A DNA stretch of 64,000 nt from the NCBI GenBank assembly GCA_963745075.1, contig CAVUWV010000017.1:64001-128000 (forward strand). The letters are read 5' to 3'. The notes beneath the pieces were generated by a model, which was not told the origin of the DNA, did not search any database, and worked only from the letters and a program-made list of their open reading frames with translations. The translations under genes were made by a program, and so were the position numbers. This DNA is from Candidatus Hydrogenedentota bacterium (GTDB lineage Bacteria; Hydrogenedentota; Hydrogenedentia; Hydrogenedentales; SLHB01). Below, piece by piece: positions 39,337 through 49,752 of this stretch; the stretch's first letter is position 1, and each line of letters starts with the position of its first letter.

Positions 39337-40592
39337 ATGATTAGTCTTTTGGTGGCGGCGTGTTTGAGCGCCCCCAATGTCGTGATGCTTTCTGTTGATA
39401 CCCTGCGGGCCGATCATCTCGGTTGCTATGGGTACGAGTACGATACCACCCCTCATCTCGACCAGTTCGCCCGGGACGCAATGGTTTTCGACAACTGCGT
39501 TACGGAAGTCCCCCTGAACGTCGCCGTCCTTCGGCGCCATGATGACCTCGCATTATCCGCGTATGAACGGCGCCGCGCGCAACGGATTGCCCCTTCCCGA
39601 GTCCGTGCCGACCCTGGCCGAACAGTTTCAAGGCGGCCGGGTATTATACGTTTTGCGTGCAAAGCAATTGGACCCTCAAGGCGCCACTCTGCGGACTCGC
39701 GCGAGGGTTCGACACGTACGAGGACAGTTTCCACAAGAAGCGCTGGGGTTTCCTGAAGTCCGAGCGTTACGCCGATGAAGTCGCGAAGATCGCGGTGGAG
39801 TTCCTGACGAAACGCGATCCGGACAAACCATTTTTCGCCTGGATCCATTTCTCCGATCCGCACGCCCCGTACAAGTTTCACAAAAAGTTCAATCCCGGCG
39901 ACCGCGACCTGCGAAAGCTGAGCGATGATGAAGACACCCGCGCCCGGTACGATTCGGAAGTGGCATACGCGGACCACAACATCCAGAAGGTGCTCGACGC
40001 CATTCCCGAAAACACCTACGTGCTTTTCGTGGCGGACCATGGGGAAAGCCTACACGAACACGATTACCTCGGTCACGGGCGCAGAATCTATCAGACGGGG
40101 CTTCACATCCCTCTGATGGTGCGCGGTCCCGGGATCGCGCCGGGGCGTACGGTGGCGCCCGCGCGGGGTGTCGATATCGCACCGACGATTCTGGGTCTGG
40201 CCGGTCTGTCGCGGCCAGACGGCATGCTTGGTCTGGATTTGTTGAACGATCCCGTTCCGGACGATCGCGTTCGTGTGGTCGAGACCTACGGCGGAGCGGT
40301 TCCCAAGATTCCCGGCGCGAAGGCGCTGATGGCGTCGCGCCCGCCCATGCGCCAGGGCGTGATCTCGGGGAACTGGAAGCTCATCATCGGCGGCCCGGAA
40401 ACCGAGTTGTTCAATCTCGCCGATGATCCCGAGGAATTGAACAATGTCGCGGGGCAGGCGGAGGACCGTCAAAAGAACCTCGCCGCCTTTATCTCAACCT
40501 GGGATACCGCGACCTCGAAAGAGGACACGGAAGCCGCGGACTTGAGCAACGAGGATATCGAAGCCTTAAAGAGTCTGGGCTACGTGGAGTGA
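39337..40592 (+). CDS. Sulfatase/alkaline-phosphatase-superfamily hydrolase (two +1 frameshifts near 39517 and 39630)
   Basis: PNVVMLSVDTLRADHLGCYGY, WIHFSDPHAPY, ADHGE and EALKSLGY. Three consecutive frames join when one base is removed at each of the two sites. Confidence 0.85.
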
Positions 40593-41747
40593 GTCGCCGG
40601 TAAGCATCGGCAAGGGATCTATGGGAACGTCGTTTTTTCGCACCTCGTAATGGAGGTGCGGTCCCGTCGAACGCCCGGTCGATCCCACGTTCGCAATTGG
40701 CGTGTCCGCCGTGACCGTTTGGCCCGCTTTCACCAGAATCTTTGAGGCGTGACCGTAGACGGTTTCCAGCCCGTTGGCATGTTTGACCACCACGACCTTA
40801 CCGTATCCGGGTTTCCACCCGCTGAACGCCACCTTCCCCGGCATGGATGGATACACGTTCGTGCCCGATTTTGCGGCAATGTCGATACCCTCGTGAAACT
40901 CCGGCCTTCCCGAAAAAGGATCATTGCGCATGCCGTACTTCGAGGTCAGCCGGGCAGGGCCACCCAGAACCTGCGCCCATGGGCTCTCGGAGACTCCCTC
41001 AAACTCGTCCATGGACCCCGGTTCGAGGATGGACTGAATCAGCCCGGTAATGTCCGTCGACACGGGGGACGCGGCCGAAGCAACGTCACCGCGTCCGCCA
41101 ACCGATCCGGTTGAACGAACCGGGTGGGGAGTCAGCGGCGGAACCCGCGTGGACGAAACGCGAGGCAATCCGATGGCGCTATGGTTCTTGCCATTGCCCG
41201 ACGGTGCCGGCATGGAGAACCGCGGCTTGCGCTCGGGCATCGCGAATTGCTGCGTCTTTTGAGGCATGGCGGGCATGGTCCGCGGCGCCGTGACCATGGC
41301 CGCGTTGATCGTGCGAGACGGTGGGCCTGCGGTCACGGCCGGGGGAACGATCGCTTCGACCTTTGCGTGGATTTTGACTGCATTCGCGAGCGCTTTGGCG
41401 CCTTCTCCGAATGCGTTTAGCGCGGACAGGTCCAGCTTTTGTCCCACCGACAGAAAGTCAGGGTCCCGCAATCCATTTGATTTCGCGACCGTCATGACGG
41501 CGCGATGAACGGCCGCTTGGGTCGGATTCTTCCCCTGGCCGGTCAGAGAACGCTTGCAGATCTGCCAGAGATTTTGGCCCCGTTCCACGATATGAATCTG
41601 CCGTGCTGCTGCGCCGCTCGATCCGGGTTGTCCAATGCCAATCCGGTCGAGAAACTTGGGAAACCCTCCGCCGTTCGGACTGAGCGGAGGAATGTGGCTC
41701 CCAAGTGCTTCCGGAAGTTGATCGGTCGATATCGGCATAATCCGCAT
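40566..41747 (-). CDS. LysM-domain M23 peptidoglycan metallopeptidase
   Basis: N-terminal LysM-like region (HIVERGQNLWQI...NGLRDPDFLSVGQKL); HEGID, YGH and GRSTGPHLHYE. Confidence 0.92.
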   Translation of the reverse strand: MRIMPISTDQLPEALGSHIPPLSPNGGGFPKFLDRIGIGQPGSSGAAARQIHIVERGQNLWQICKRSLTGQGKNPTQAAVHRAVMTVAKSNGLRDPDFLSVGQKLDLSALNAFGEGAKALANAVKIHAKVEAIVPPAVTAGPPSRTINAAMVTAPRTMPAMPQKTQQFAMPERKPRFSMPAPSGNGKNHSAIGLPRVSSTRVPPLTPHPVRSTGSVGGRGDVASAASPVSTDITGLIQSILEPGSMDEFEGVSESPWAQVLGGPARLTSKYGMRNDPFSGRPEFHEGIDIAAKSGTNVYPSMPGKVAFSGWKPGYGKVVVVKHANGLETVYGHASKILVKAGQTVTADTPIANVGSTGRSTGPHLHYEVRKNDVPIDPLPMLTGDSLHVAQTL

Positions 41748-41789
41748 TCAATCACTACCCCAATGGACGGTTCCCCGTGATTCGAGTGG

Positions 41790-41805
41790 AGCAAGGGGTA
41801 TGCCG
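41790..41805 (-). promoter_or_regulatory. Sigma54 -24/-12 promoter of the M23 peptidase gene
   Basis: The minus strand reads CGGCATACCCCTTGCT, with exact GG-N10-GC spacing, 43 nt upstream of the ATG. Confidence 0.7.
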
Positions 41806-41929
41806 ATTACCTGGAATTGCGTAAGATACTTATATGTAATGTCTTGTGGCAGGTGTGTGCACGAAAAACCGGGCGCGGGCTATGGGCAGAAAGTTCCCGG
41901 GGTAGGAGATTTCTGCATAGTTTCCACCG

Positions 41930-42571
41930 TTATCGCTCCACGACCGCAAACAATCGGCACCCGCTCGAATCGATCCCCTTAATCTTCAACGGGACTGCAA
42001 AGAGGTAGAACAAATCCTTGTCCAAGTCGGCGGCACTATCCGGGAACTCGACTAACAGTGTGTCTCGACTCAGGAGGAGGTCGTGAAACGTCTTACCCGC
42101 TTCTGCCCCCTCCCCGAAGTTGATCGTGCTGTCGAACGCGAACAACTTGAGAGTCAGCTCGGCGAAATAGGGGACGCAGTCCAGGTCGAACATCAGGGGG
42201 CGCCGGGGGGTGTCGTTGCGAACGAACAGCATCTCAAACGATCCCCGCCGTGGCTCAAGTTGCTCCTTGACAAAATCGAGTGTTACGGTGGGCGAATCCT
42301 CCGCGATGTCCGTCTTGAGCAGCGTGGCCTGTCCCATGAAATGCTCGAGCGGATAGTCGGTGCAGGAGTTGCCCTTGAAGTAGAAATGGTACGGCGATTC
42401 GATGTGGGTGCCCACGTGCGTGTGCGTGTTTACAATGTCGTATTTTAGCGTGCCGTCGCCGAGACGGCCTTCCTTCACTTCGAAAGGCCGGCCTTCGACT
42501 TTCTGATTCGGCACGACCTCCAATGACAAGTCCACGAGTTTGTACTTCTTGAAATCGATGTCGAAAACCAT
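41930..42571 (-). CDS. Cyclase family (kynurenine formamidase-like) metallohydrolase
   Basis: VDLS, HTHVGTHIESPYHF (HxGTHxDxPxH variant) and PLKIKGIDSSGCR. Confidence 0.88.
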   Translation of the reverse strand: MVFDIDFKKYKLVDLSLEVVPNQKVEGRPFEVKEGRLGDGTLKYDIVNTHTHVGTHIESPYHFYFKGNSCTDYPLEHFMGQATLLKTDIAEDSPTVTLDFVKEQLEPRRGSFEMLFVRNDTPRRPLMFDLDCVPYFAELTLKLFAFDSTINFGEGAEAGKTFHDLLLSRDTLLVEFPDSAADLDKDLFYLFAVPLKIKGIDSSGCRLFAVVER

Positions 42572-42712
42572 ACCTGCTCCATTCCCAGTGTTCGTTTACC
42601 ATCGTTCAGCGAGCAAACAGCGTGAGTGTACCACAGTCCGCCCAAGAGACGCTCGATTGAAAGATTCGCGTTGTCCCGGTAAGCTCTTCTATAAACGACA
42701 GGAGGTCGCTGC

Positions 42713-43054
42713 ATGGGTGCTTTCAAGACAGGAAACGTGGCGCTGGTGTTGGCCTTTGCCGCCTTGGGCCTGGCCATTCTGCCCCGCTACGTCATTCAAG
42801 CCCAAGACGAGCAGAAGACGTTGAGTGAACATTTCGAAGACGCCGCCGACAAGATTTCCGCGGAATTGAAGGGCGAACCGCAAGCCGATCCCATTACCTA
42901 CTACGATCTGGCAGCCGTGGTCTGCGGATTCCTTGGGATCGTTTTGGGCGTGCTCGCCTGGCTCCAGCAGTCCAACGCCAAGGTCAGCATCGCCGCGGTG
43001 GCGATTTCGGCCGTGGCCATACTCTGGCGATTCTTCATAGCCAAGGGAGGATAG
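42713..43054 (+). CDS. Small hypothetical membrane protein
   Basis: AGGAGG RBS; three hydrophobic segments. Confidence 0.7.
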   Translation: MGAFKTGNVALVLAFAALGLAILPRYVIQAQDEQKTLSEHFEDAADKISAELKGEPQADPITYYDLAAVVCGFLGIVLGVLAWLQQSNAKVSIAAVAISAVAILWRFFIAKGG

Positions 43055-43298
43055 CCCTACAGCGCTGAATCTCCGTTGTAGACGGACGCCATGAAGAAGA
43101 GTTTGCACGCGAACCTAATGGACGCGTTGGTCTGAAGGGACGGTATGAACGTGCGCACGTGCCGCCCAAGTTGTAAAACATGTCCATACTGCCCATGCGC
43201 CGCTCGCGGAATGGACCAGACGCCCGTGTTTATGGGAAAATAACGGGTGTTTTGTCCGGTGGCCGCAATCCAGCCATAACCTTTCGTGGAGTGTCCTC

Positions 43299-44030
43299 GT
43301 GACGACCTGCCCCGCAGCAGATGAATCGCCCGCGCCGTCCCGCCAGGACGTGTGGCGTATGTTCGACCGGATCGCCCACCGCTACGATCTCCTTAATCGG
43401 CTGCTGTCGTTCCGGCAGGATGTTGCGTGGCGCAAACGGCTGGCGCGCCTGTTGCCGGATCGCTCCAACTTGCGCGTGCTCGACCTCGCCACCGGAACGG
43501 GCGATGTCCTGCTTTCGCTTTATGGCACGAGTGGAAAGGTTCGATCGGGCGTCGGGGTGGACATGGCCGGGAAGATGATCGCAATCGGGAATCGGAAGAT
43601 CCGGGATCGGCGCCTCGACCAATCCTTGCGGATGGTTCGTGGGGACGCGATGTGTATCGCGTTCAACGACGCTTCTTTCGATGCCGTGACCATCGCCTTT
43701 GGCATTCGCAACGTGTTGGATGTTTCGGAGGCGCTTCGCGAAATGCGGCGCATCCTTGCGCCCGGCGGGCGCGCCTTGGTGCTGGAGTTTTCCCTTCCGC
43801 GAAACGCGGTGTTCCGCGTCGGATATCTCTTCTACTTTCGCCACGTCCTGCCGCGAATCGGCGGGCTCGTGTCCGGCGACAGCTACGCGTATCGCTACTT
43901 GAACAAGACGGTCGAGAGTTTTCCCTATGGTGAAGTATTTTGTGCACTCATGCGGGAGGCGGGATTCGACGCCGTAAAGGCCCACCCGCTGACCTTTGGA
44001 ATTGCTACAATCTACCAGGGGAGTGCATAG
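43299..44030 (+). CDS. menG: Demethylmenaquinone methyltransferase
   Basis: MFDRIAHRYDLLN, LDLATGTGD, FGIRNV and AYRYL; first gene of the men operon. Confidence 0.93.
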   Translation: MTTCPAADESPAPSRQDVWRMFDRIAHRYDLLNRLLSFRQDVAWRKRLARLLPDRSNLRVLDLATGTGDVLLSLYGTSGKVRSGVGVDMAGKMIAIGNRKIRDRRLDQSLRMVRGDAMCIAFNDASFDAVTIAFGIRNVLDVSEALREMRRILAPGGRALVLEFSLPRNAVFRVGYLFYFRHVLPRIGGLVSGDSYAYRYLNKTVESFPYGEVFCALMREAGFDAVKAHPLTFGIATIYQGSA

Positions 44031-44037
44031 CAGTACC

Positions 44038-45435
44038 ATGACCGCTCCGATTCTGTATCCCGAAACCGTAGAACCCGGCCAGGCCAAGGAAACCCTGGCC
44101 ATGCTCATCGAACAGGCCTTTGAATCGGCGTCCGCCAAGGCGGACCAACACCGGCGGGCCTTACGCGTGGAAGTGCCGGTCGAAGGCGTTGAACCGCTGG
44201 CATGGCTTGAGGCGCAGGGGATGCGCTCGCGCGGGTACTGGTGTTCGCGCGACCGGGATTTTGAACTGGCCGGCGTGGGGACCGCCGACATCATTTCGGC
44301 CGAAGTGGAATGCGATTACGACGAGTTGTTCGACCGACTGAAGGCGGGGATTTCGACGGTCCATCCCAATCTCCGGTACTACGGCGGCATGCGCTTCCGC
44401 CAATGCGCGCCTGCGGCCCCCAAGTGGCGGCCTTTCGGTGCATATCGATTCGTGTTGCCCCGCTTTGAAGTCTTCACGCGCGGGGCGCAGGTGTATCTCG
44501 CGTGCAACGCCATCCTTGACAAGGAGACGGGGGACTTGCCGGAACAGATCCTGGCGGCCTTGAGGGCCATGCCCTTTCCCGGTCGCGAAGACATCGGAGC
44601 GATCCCTCCCATCGAGTCACGTACGGACACACCGGACTACGCGCAGTGGACGCAGTCCGTGCAGCGCCTGCTCGAGGAGTTCGATAGCGGTGCGTTGGAC
44701 AAGGTGGTCCTGGCCCGCGAAACCGAATTTGCCTTTGACGTGACGCCCGATCCGATCGCGATTCTGCGGCGTTTGTCGAAGACCGGCCAACGGCACTATC
44801 GATTCCTTTTTCAGCCCAGGCCCGATGCCGCTTTTGTCGGCGTGTCACCGGAGCGCTTGTACAAGCGGCAGGATCAGTTCGTGCGAAGCGAGGCCGTTGC
44901 CGGAACCCGTCCGCGTGGTGAAACCCTCGGGAAGGACGAGGCGCTTGCCCGCGAATTGCTTGCCTGCGAGAAGGAAAGGCGAGAGCACCAGTTTGTGATG
45001 GATGCCATTCGTGCGGACTTCGAGCGCCAGTGCACGGCCGTTCACGCGGACACCGAGGTAACGGTCGTGAAAGTCGCCGAATGCCAGCACCTGTACGCGC
45101 GGATCGAAGGTATTCTCCGCGATACCGAAACCGACGCCGATTTGCTCCGTTCATTGCATCCAACGCCGGCGGTGGGCGGGAGCCCTCGCGAAGCCGCGCT
45201 GCCGTGGATCGACCAAGCCGAACCCTTCGACCGCGGCTGGTACGCGGGCCCTGTGGGTTGGGTCGGCGCCGACTGCGCCGAGTTCGCGGTCGGCATACGG
45301 TCGGCGTTAGTCCAAGAGAAGGCCTTGTCGGTCTACGCTGGGGCCGGTATTGTGGCCGGTTCCGACGCCGAGGCGGAATGGGCGGAACTGGAAAACAAGA
45401 TCGGCGGATTCGTGGGAGTACTCTCCGCACAATGA
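44038..45435 (+). CDS. menF: Isochorismate synthase
   Basis: KVVLAR, SPERL, AVAGT, LHPTPAVGG, DRGWYAG and YAGAGIV. Confidence 0.94.
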   Translation: MTAPILYPETVEPGQAKETLAMLIEQAFESASAKADQHRRALRVEVPVEGVEPLAWLEAQGMRSRGYWCSRDRDFELAGVGTADIISAEVECDYDELFDRLKAGISTVHPNLRYYGGMRFRQCAPAAPKWRPFGAYRFVLPRFEVFTRGAQVYLACNAILDKETGDLPEQILAALRAMPFPGREDIGAIPPIESRTDTPDYAQWTQSVQRLLEEFDSGALDKVVLARETEFAFDVTPDPIAILRRLSKTGQRHYRFLFQPRPDAAFVGVSPERLYKRQDQFVRSEAVAGTRPRGETLGKDEALARELLACEKERREHQFVMDAIRADFERQCTAVHADTEVTVVKVAECQHLYARIEGILRDTETDADLLRSLHPTPAVGGSPREAALPWIDQAEPFDRGWYAGPVGWVGADCAEFAVGIRSALVQEKALSVYAGAGIVAGSDAEAEWAELENKIGGFVGVLSAQ

Positions 45436-47198
45436 CCGTTTCGGCCAAGAATATGAACCAGCTCTGGGCGAAGCTGATCGTCGAAGAACTGATTCGATGC
45501 GGCGTGAACCGTTTCGTGTTGTCACCGGGGTCACGTTGTACGCCGCTGACCCTGGCCGTGGCGGAGCATCCCCGGGCCTACTCCACGGTCCACTATGACG
45601 AGCGCGGCGCGGCCTTCTTCGCCCTCGGCCAAGCCCGCGCGCTGCAACGCCCTGTCGCGCTTGTTTGTACGTCGGGCACCGCCGCCGCGAACTACTTCCC
45701 CGCCGTGATCGAGGCCTCGCAATCCCGCGTGCCGCTCATGGTTTTGACGGCGGACCGTCCCCCGGAGTTATTGGACACCGGCGCCAACCAGACCATCGAG
45801 CAGAACCACCTTTACGGCCGGTACGCCCGGTGGTATCACGCGTTTGCGTGTCCCAACGCTGCCATCGCCCCGGAGGTTGTGCTGACGGCCGTGGATCATG
45901 CCGTGCACCGCGCGCTCGGCGCGCATGCCGGTCCCGTCCATTTGAACTGTCCCTACCGGGAGCCGCTCGCGCCGGTTGCCACGGGTGAAGACTTTGGTGT
46001 GTATCTCGCCTCCGTCTCCAAGTGGCAATCCGAAGGCCGGCCGTACACGACCTACGCCAGAACCGAGCAGACCGTCAAAGTTGAAGACGAGCGGTTCTTA
46101 ACGGAATTGCTGCAATCGGCGAAACGCGGTCTGATCGTTGCCGGGCAAATCGAGGACCACGCCGTGGCGGAAGCGACGCTGCGCTTAGGCCAAACCCTCG
46201 GGTGGCCCATCGCGGCCGACGTGGCGTCGGGGCTGCGATTGGGGTCTCGCGGCGCCTCCGTCTTGCATTATTGCGACCAAATGCTTTGCTCGGATGTCTT
46301 TCGCGGGCACTTCGCGCCGGATGTGGTCCTGCACTTCGGCGGGCCGGTTACCTCCAAACGGCTGATGCAGCATCTGGAAACATCCGCTCCCGAGCATTAC
46401 ATCCGCGTCGCGCGCCATCCCCTTCGGCATGATCCCATTCACCGCGTGACATTGCATATCCAGACCGAGCCGGCGGCCTTTTGTATTGGCTTGGCGTCGG
46501 CCTGTCGAGGCACCGGCGATTCAGGCTGGCGCGACGCTCTCATGGAGATGAACGATACGGCTGGAATGGCACTGAAAGCGGAACTGGCGAAACGCAATGA
46601 ACTGACAGAACCCGAAATCGCTCGCTTCGTCGCAGAGCATGCCGAGGATAGCTTGTTCCTGGGCAATAGCATGCCCATTCGCGATATGGACATGTTCGCT
46701 GCCGCGCCGGCGAAGAAGCTCAGGGTTTACGCCAATCGCGGCGCCAGCGGGATCGACGGTAACATCGCTACAGCAGCGGGCATCGCGCATGGGACAGGAA
46801 ATCCGGTGACCGCCATAATCGGCGACTTGGCCGCGCTGCACGATCTGAATTCGCTCGCACTTCTTCGTAATGACAAGACGAAGGCCATCCTCATTGTCAT
46901 CAACAATAACGGCGGCGGCATCTTCCATTTTCTCCCCATCGCCGGCCAGACCGATCGCTTCGAGACCTACTTCGGCACGCCGCATGGACTCGGTTTTGCT
47001 CACGCGGCGGAACAATTTGGGCTGAAATACGCGCGGCCCAGGGATTGCGATTCGCTTGCGTTCGCGTATGAGGCCGCGCAACAGCTCGATGAATCATCGA
47101 TCATCGAAGTTTCAACCGACCGGGAATCCAACCTGCGTCTCCACCGCGAATTGCGGGAGGCGGTGGTTTCCGCGATCGCTCGAACACACGGGACGTAA
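45432..47198 (+). CDS. menD: SEPHCHC synthase
   Basis: SPGSRCTPL, DERGAAFFALG, TSGTA, TADRPPEL, NRGASGIDG and NNNGGGIF. Confidence 0.97.
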   Translation: MTVSAKNMNQLWAKLIVEELIRCGVNRFVLSPGSRCTPLTLAVAEHPRAYSTVHYDERGAAFFALGQARALQRPVALVCTSGTAAANYFPAVIEASQSRVPLMVLTADRPPELLDTGANQTIEQNHLYGRYARWYHAFACPNAAIAPEVVLTAVDHAVHRALGAHAGPVHLNCPYREPLAPVATGEDFGVYLASVSKWQSEGRPYTTYARTEQTVKVEDERFLTELLQSAKRGLIVAGQIEDHAVAEATLRLGQTLGWPIAADVASGLRLGSRGASVLHYCDQMLCSDVFRGHFAPDVVLHFGGPVTSKRLMQHLETSAPEHYIRVARHPLRHDPIHRVTLHIQTEPAAFCIGLASACRGTGDSGWRDALMEMNDTAGMALKAELAKRNELTEPEIARFVAEHAEDSLFLGNSMPIRDMDMFAAAPAKKLRVYANRGASGIDGNIATAAGIAHGTGNPVTAIIGDLAALHDLNSLALLRNDKTKAILIVINNNGGGIFHFLPIAGQTDRFETYFGTPHGLGFAHAAEQFGLKYARPRDCDSLAFAYEAAQQLDESSIIEVSTDRESNLRLHRELREAVVSAIARTHGT

Positions 47199-48001
47199 TG
47201 GCGCTCATGCGGTTCAGTCATCAATTGACCGGCAATCCCGACGGCCCATTGGTCCTGTTTTTCCACGGTTTCCTTGGCGATCGATCCGAGTGGGATTCGA
47301 TTCTCCCCGCGTTCGAGCGGCGCTACTGTTGCGTCGCGGTCGATTTGCCGGGCCACGGCGACAGCCGGATTCCGAAATCTGAAACTTGCGAATTCGTGGA
47401 GACCGCGACGGCCATCATCGACCTTGTGGATGAACTGGACACGGCGACGTTCTCGGTCGTCGGATACTCCATGGGCGGACGCATCGCACTCTATCTCTCG
47501 ACCATTTACGCGATGCGAATCGACGCGCTGGTGCTGGAGTCCGCGTCGCCGGGGCTCCGCTCTCCGGAAGATCGCGCATCCCGACGCGAACGCGACGAGG
47601 CGCTCGCCCGGCGGCTGGAATCCGGGGATCTTCACGCGTTTCTATCGGACTGGTACGCGCAGCCCCTGTTTACGTCGCTTCGTCGCGATCCGGAAGCCTT
47701 GGAAGCGCTCATCCACCACCGCGCCCGGCAGGATGGTCCGCAACTCGCAATGGCCCTGCGCGCCCTGGGTACCGGCTCGCAGCCGTCACTGTGGACCGAG
47801 TGGGAGAATAACCACATCCCCACGCTGTTGCTTACGGGAGCACTGGACGAAAATTACGCCTGGCTCGCGCGGGACATGGCCGAACGGTGCGACGCTGCTA
47901 AAGTGGATATCATCCCCGATTGCGGACACAACGTGCACTTCGAAAACCCGAGCGTCTATACTGATCGGGTTCTGACTTTTCTCAAACAGTCGCAGGAGTG
48001 A
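47198..48001 (+). CDS. menH: SHCHC synthase (alpha/beta hydrolase)
   Basis: [14 protein letters not shown] and CGHNVHFE; located between menD and menB. Confidence 0.93.
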   Translation: MALMRFSHQLTGNPDGPLVLFFHGFLGDRSEWDSILPAFERRYCCVAVDLPGHGDSRIPKSETCEFVETATAIIDLVDELDTATFSVVGYSMGGRIALYLSTIYAMRIDALVLESASPGLRSPEDRASRRERDEALARRLESGDLHAFLSDWYAQPLFTSLRRDPEALEALIHHRARQDGPQLAMALRALGTGSQPSLWTEWENNHIPTLLLTGALDENYAWLARDMAERCDAAKVDIIPDCGHNVHFENPSVYTDRVLTFLKQSQE

Positions 48002-48006
48002 ATTTC

Positions 48007-48831
48007 ATGGCATCCATTGCATGGGTCGAATCCGGCCAATACACGGACATCACGTATCACAAAGCCGAAGGCATCGCGAAGATCACGATCAACCGGCCCC
48101 AGGTGCGAAACGCTTTCCGGCCACTGACCGTCGACGAAATGCAGGACGCGCTTCGCGACGCGCGATTCGACAGCGACATCGGTGTCATCATCCTGACCGG
48201 CGAAGGGGAGAAAGCCTTCTGCTCCGGCGGCGACCAGAAAATTCGCGGCGACGCGGGATACAAGGACGACGCGAAGGAAACCATGCGGCTCAATGTCCTC
48301 GATTTCCAGCGTCAGATGCGGACCTGTCCCAAGCCCATCATCGCCATGGTGGCAGGTTACGCCATCGGCGGCGGCCACATCCTGCATCTGGTTTCCGACC
48401 TCACCATCGCTGCGGATAACGCCGTTTTCGGCCAGACCGGGCCCAAAGTGGGGTCCTTCGATGGCGGCTATGGCGCGAGCTACATGGCCCGCATCGTTGG
48501 CCAGAAGAAGGCCCGCGAAATCTGGTTCCTCTGTCGTCAGTACAGCGCACAGCAGGCCCTCGATATGGGGCTCGTAAACGCCGTTGTGCCCTACGAGAAA
48601 CTCGAGGAAGAAACGGTCCAATGGTGCCGCGAGATTCTCGCCAACTCGCCCATGGCAATCCGCTGTCTCAAGGCTGCTCTGAACGCCGATTGCGACGGGC
48701 AGGCGGGTTTGCAGGAACTCGCAGGCAATGCGACCATGCTCTTCTACATGACCGAAGAGGGCCAGGAGGGCCGCAACGCCTTCAACGAAAAGCGCAAACC
48801 CAACTTCTCCAAATTCAAACGGTTTCCGTGA
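48007..48831 (+). CDS. menB: 1,4-dihydroxy-2-naphthoyl-CoA synthase
   Basis: [27 protein letters not shown] and KKAREIW. Confidence 0.98.
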   Translation: MASIAWVESGQYTDITYHKAEGIAKITINRPQVRNAFRPLTVDEMQDALRDARFDSDIGVIILTGEGEKAFCSGGDQKIRGDAGYKDDAKETMRLNVLDFQRQMRTCPKPIIAMVAGYAIGGGHILHLVSDLTIAADNAVFGQTGPKVGSFDGGYGASYMARIVGQKKAREIWFLCRQYSAQQALDMGLVNAVVPYEKLEEETVQWCREILANSPMAIRCLKAALNADCDGQAGLQELAGNATMLFYMTEEGQEGRNAFNEKRKPNFSKFKRFP

Positions 48832-48864
48832 TTCTGCGCCACTAGCACGGAGCGTTGTCCGACA

Positions 48865-49752
48865 TTGTCAGATTCACGCATCAAGATTTGGCTGCTTGCA
48901 GCACGTCCCAAAACCCTGTGGGCCGCGGTGGGTCCCGTAATTATCGGTACCGCGATGGCCTACGGGCACGGCCACGTCGATTGGTTATCGCTGGTTTGTG
49001 CGTTGACCGGCGCGGTCCTCATCCAGATCGGGACGAATCTGTCCAACGACTATTTCGATTATCTCAAAGGCACCGATACGGTTGAGCGGATCGGTCCGGC
49101 TCGCGCCACCCAGTCCGGATTGGTCTCACCCGCCGGTATGCGGCGGGCCTTCATCATCACCTTTGCGCTGGTGCTGGTGCCCGGCGCATACATCATCTGG
49201 CGCGGCGGCTGGCCCTTCCTGATGGTCGGTCTTGTCTCCATCCTATGCGGCATTCTCTATACCGCTGGACCCTTCCCGCTGGGATATATCGGTCTCGGGG
49301 ACCTCTTCGTATTGATCTTCTTCGGTCCGGTCGCGGTGGGCGGCACGTATTATCTGCACACCTTGACCCTGGACACCGCTGCCGTCATCGCGGGGTTGGC
49401 GCCGGGCCTGATCAGCGTCGCCATTCTCGCCGTGAACAACATGCGCGACATCGACGAGGACCGGCAAGCGGGCAAACGAACGCTTGCGGTGCGATTTGGC
49501 CGGCGCTTCGCACGGATCGAGTATCTGATCTGTATCCTGCTCGCGGGGTTTGTCATTCCCCTATATTTCTACGCGGCTGCCGAGAGCCGGTTCTTCGTGC
49601 TGGTGCCGCTTATTGTGATCACCGCGGCGACCCCGGCCATCAAGACCGTTTTCGTGACAACCGATGGACCCGCGCTGAACGGCGTGCTGGCCAAGACCGG
49701 CAAGTTGCTTCTCGTGTTCAGTATCGTGTTCTCGTTGGGGTGGATCCTGTGA
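48865..49752 (+). CDS. menA: DHNA polyprenyltransferase
   Basis: AARPKTL, NDYFDYLKGTD and NNMRDIDED...KRTLAVR; multiple TM helices. Confidence 0.96.
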   Translation: MSDSRIKIWLLAARPKTLWAAVGPVIIGTAMAYGHGHVDWLSLVCALTGAVLIQIGTNLSNDYFDYLKGTDTVERIGPARATQSGLVSPAGMRRAFIITFALVLVPGAYIIWRGGWPFLMVGLVSILCGILYTAGPFPLGYIGLGDLFVLIFFGPVAVGGTYYLHTLTLDTAAVIAGLAPGLISVAILAVNNMRDIDEDRQAGKRTLAVRFGRRFARIEYLICILLAGFVIPLYFYAAAESRFFVLVPLIVITAATPAIKTVFVTTDGPALNGVLAKTGKLLLVFSIVFSLGWIL

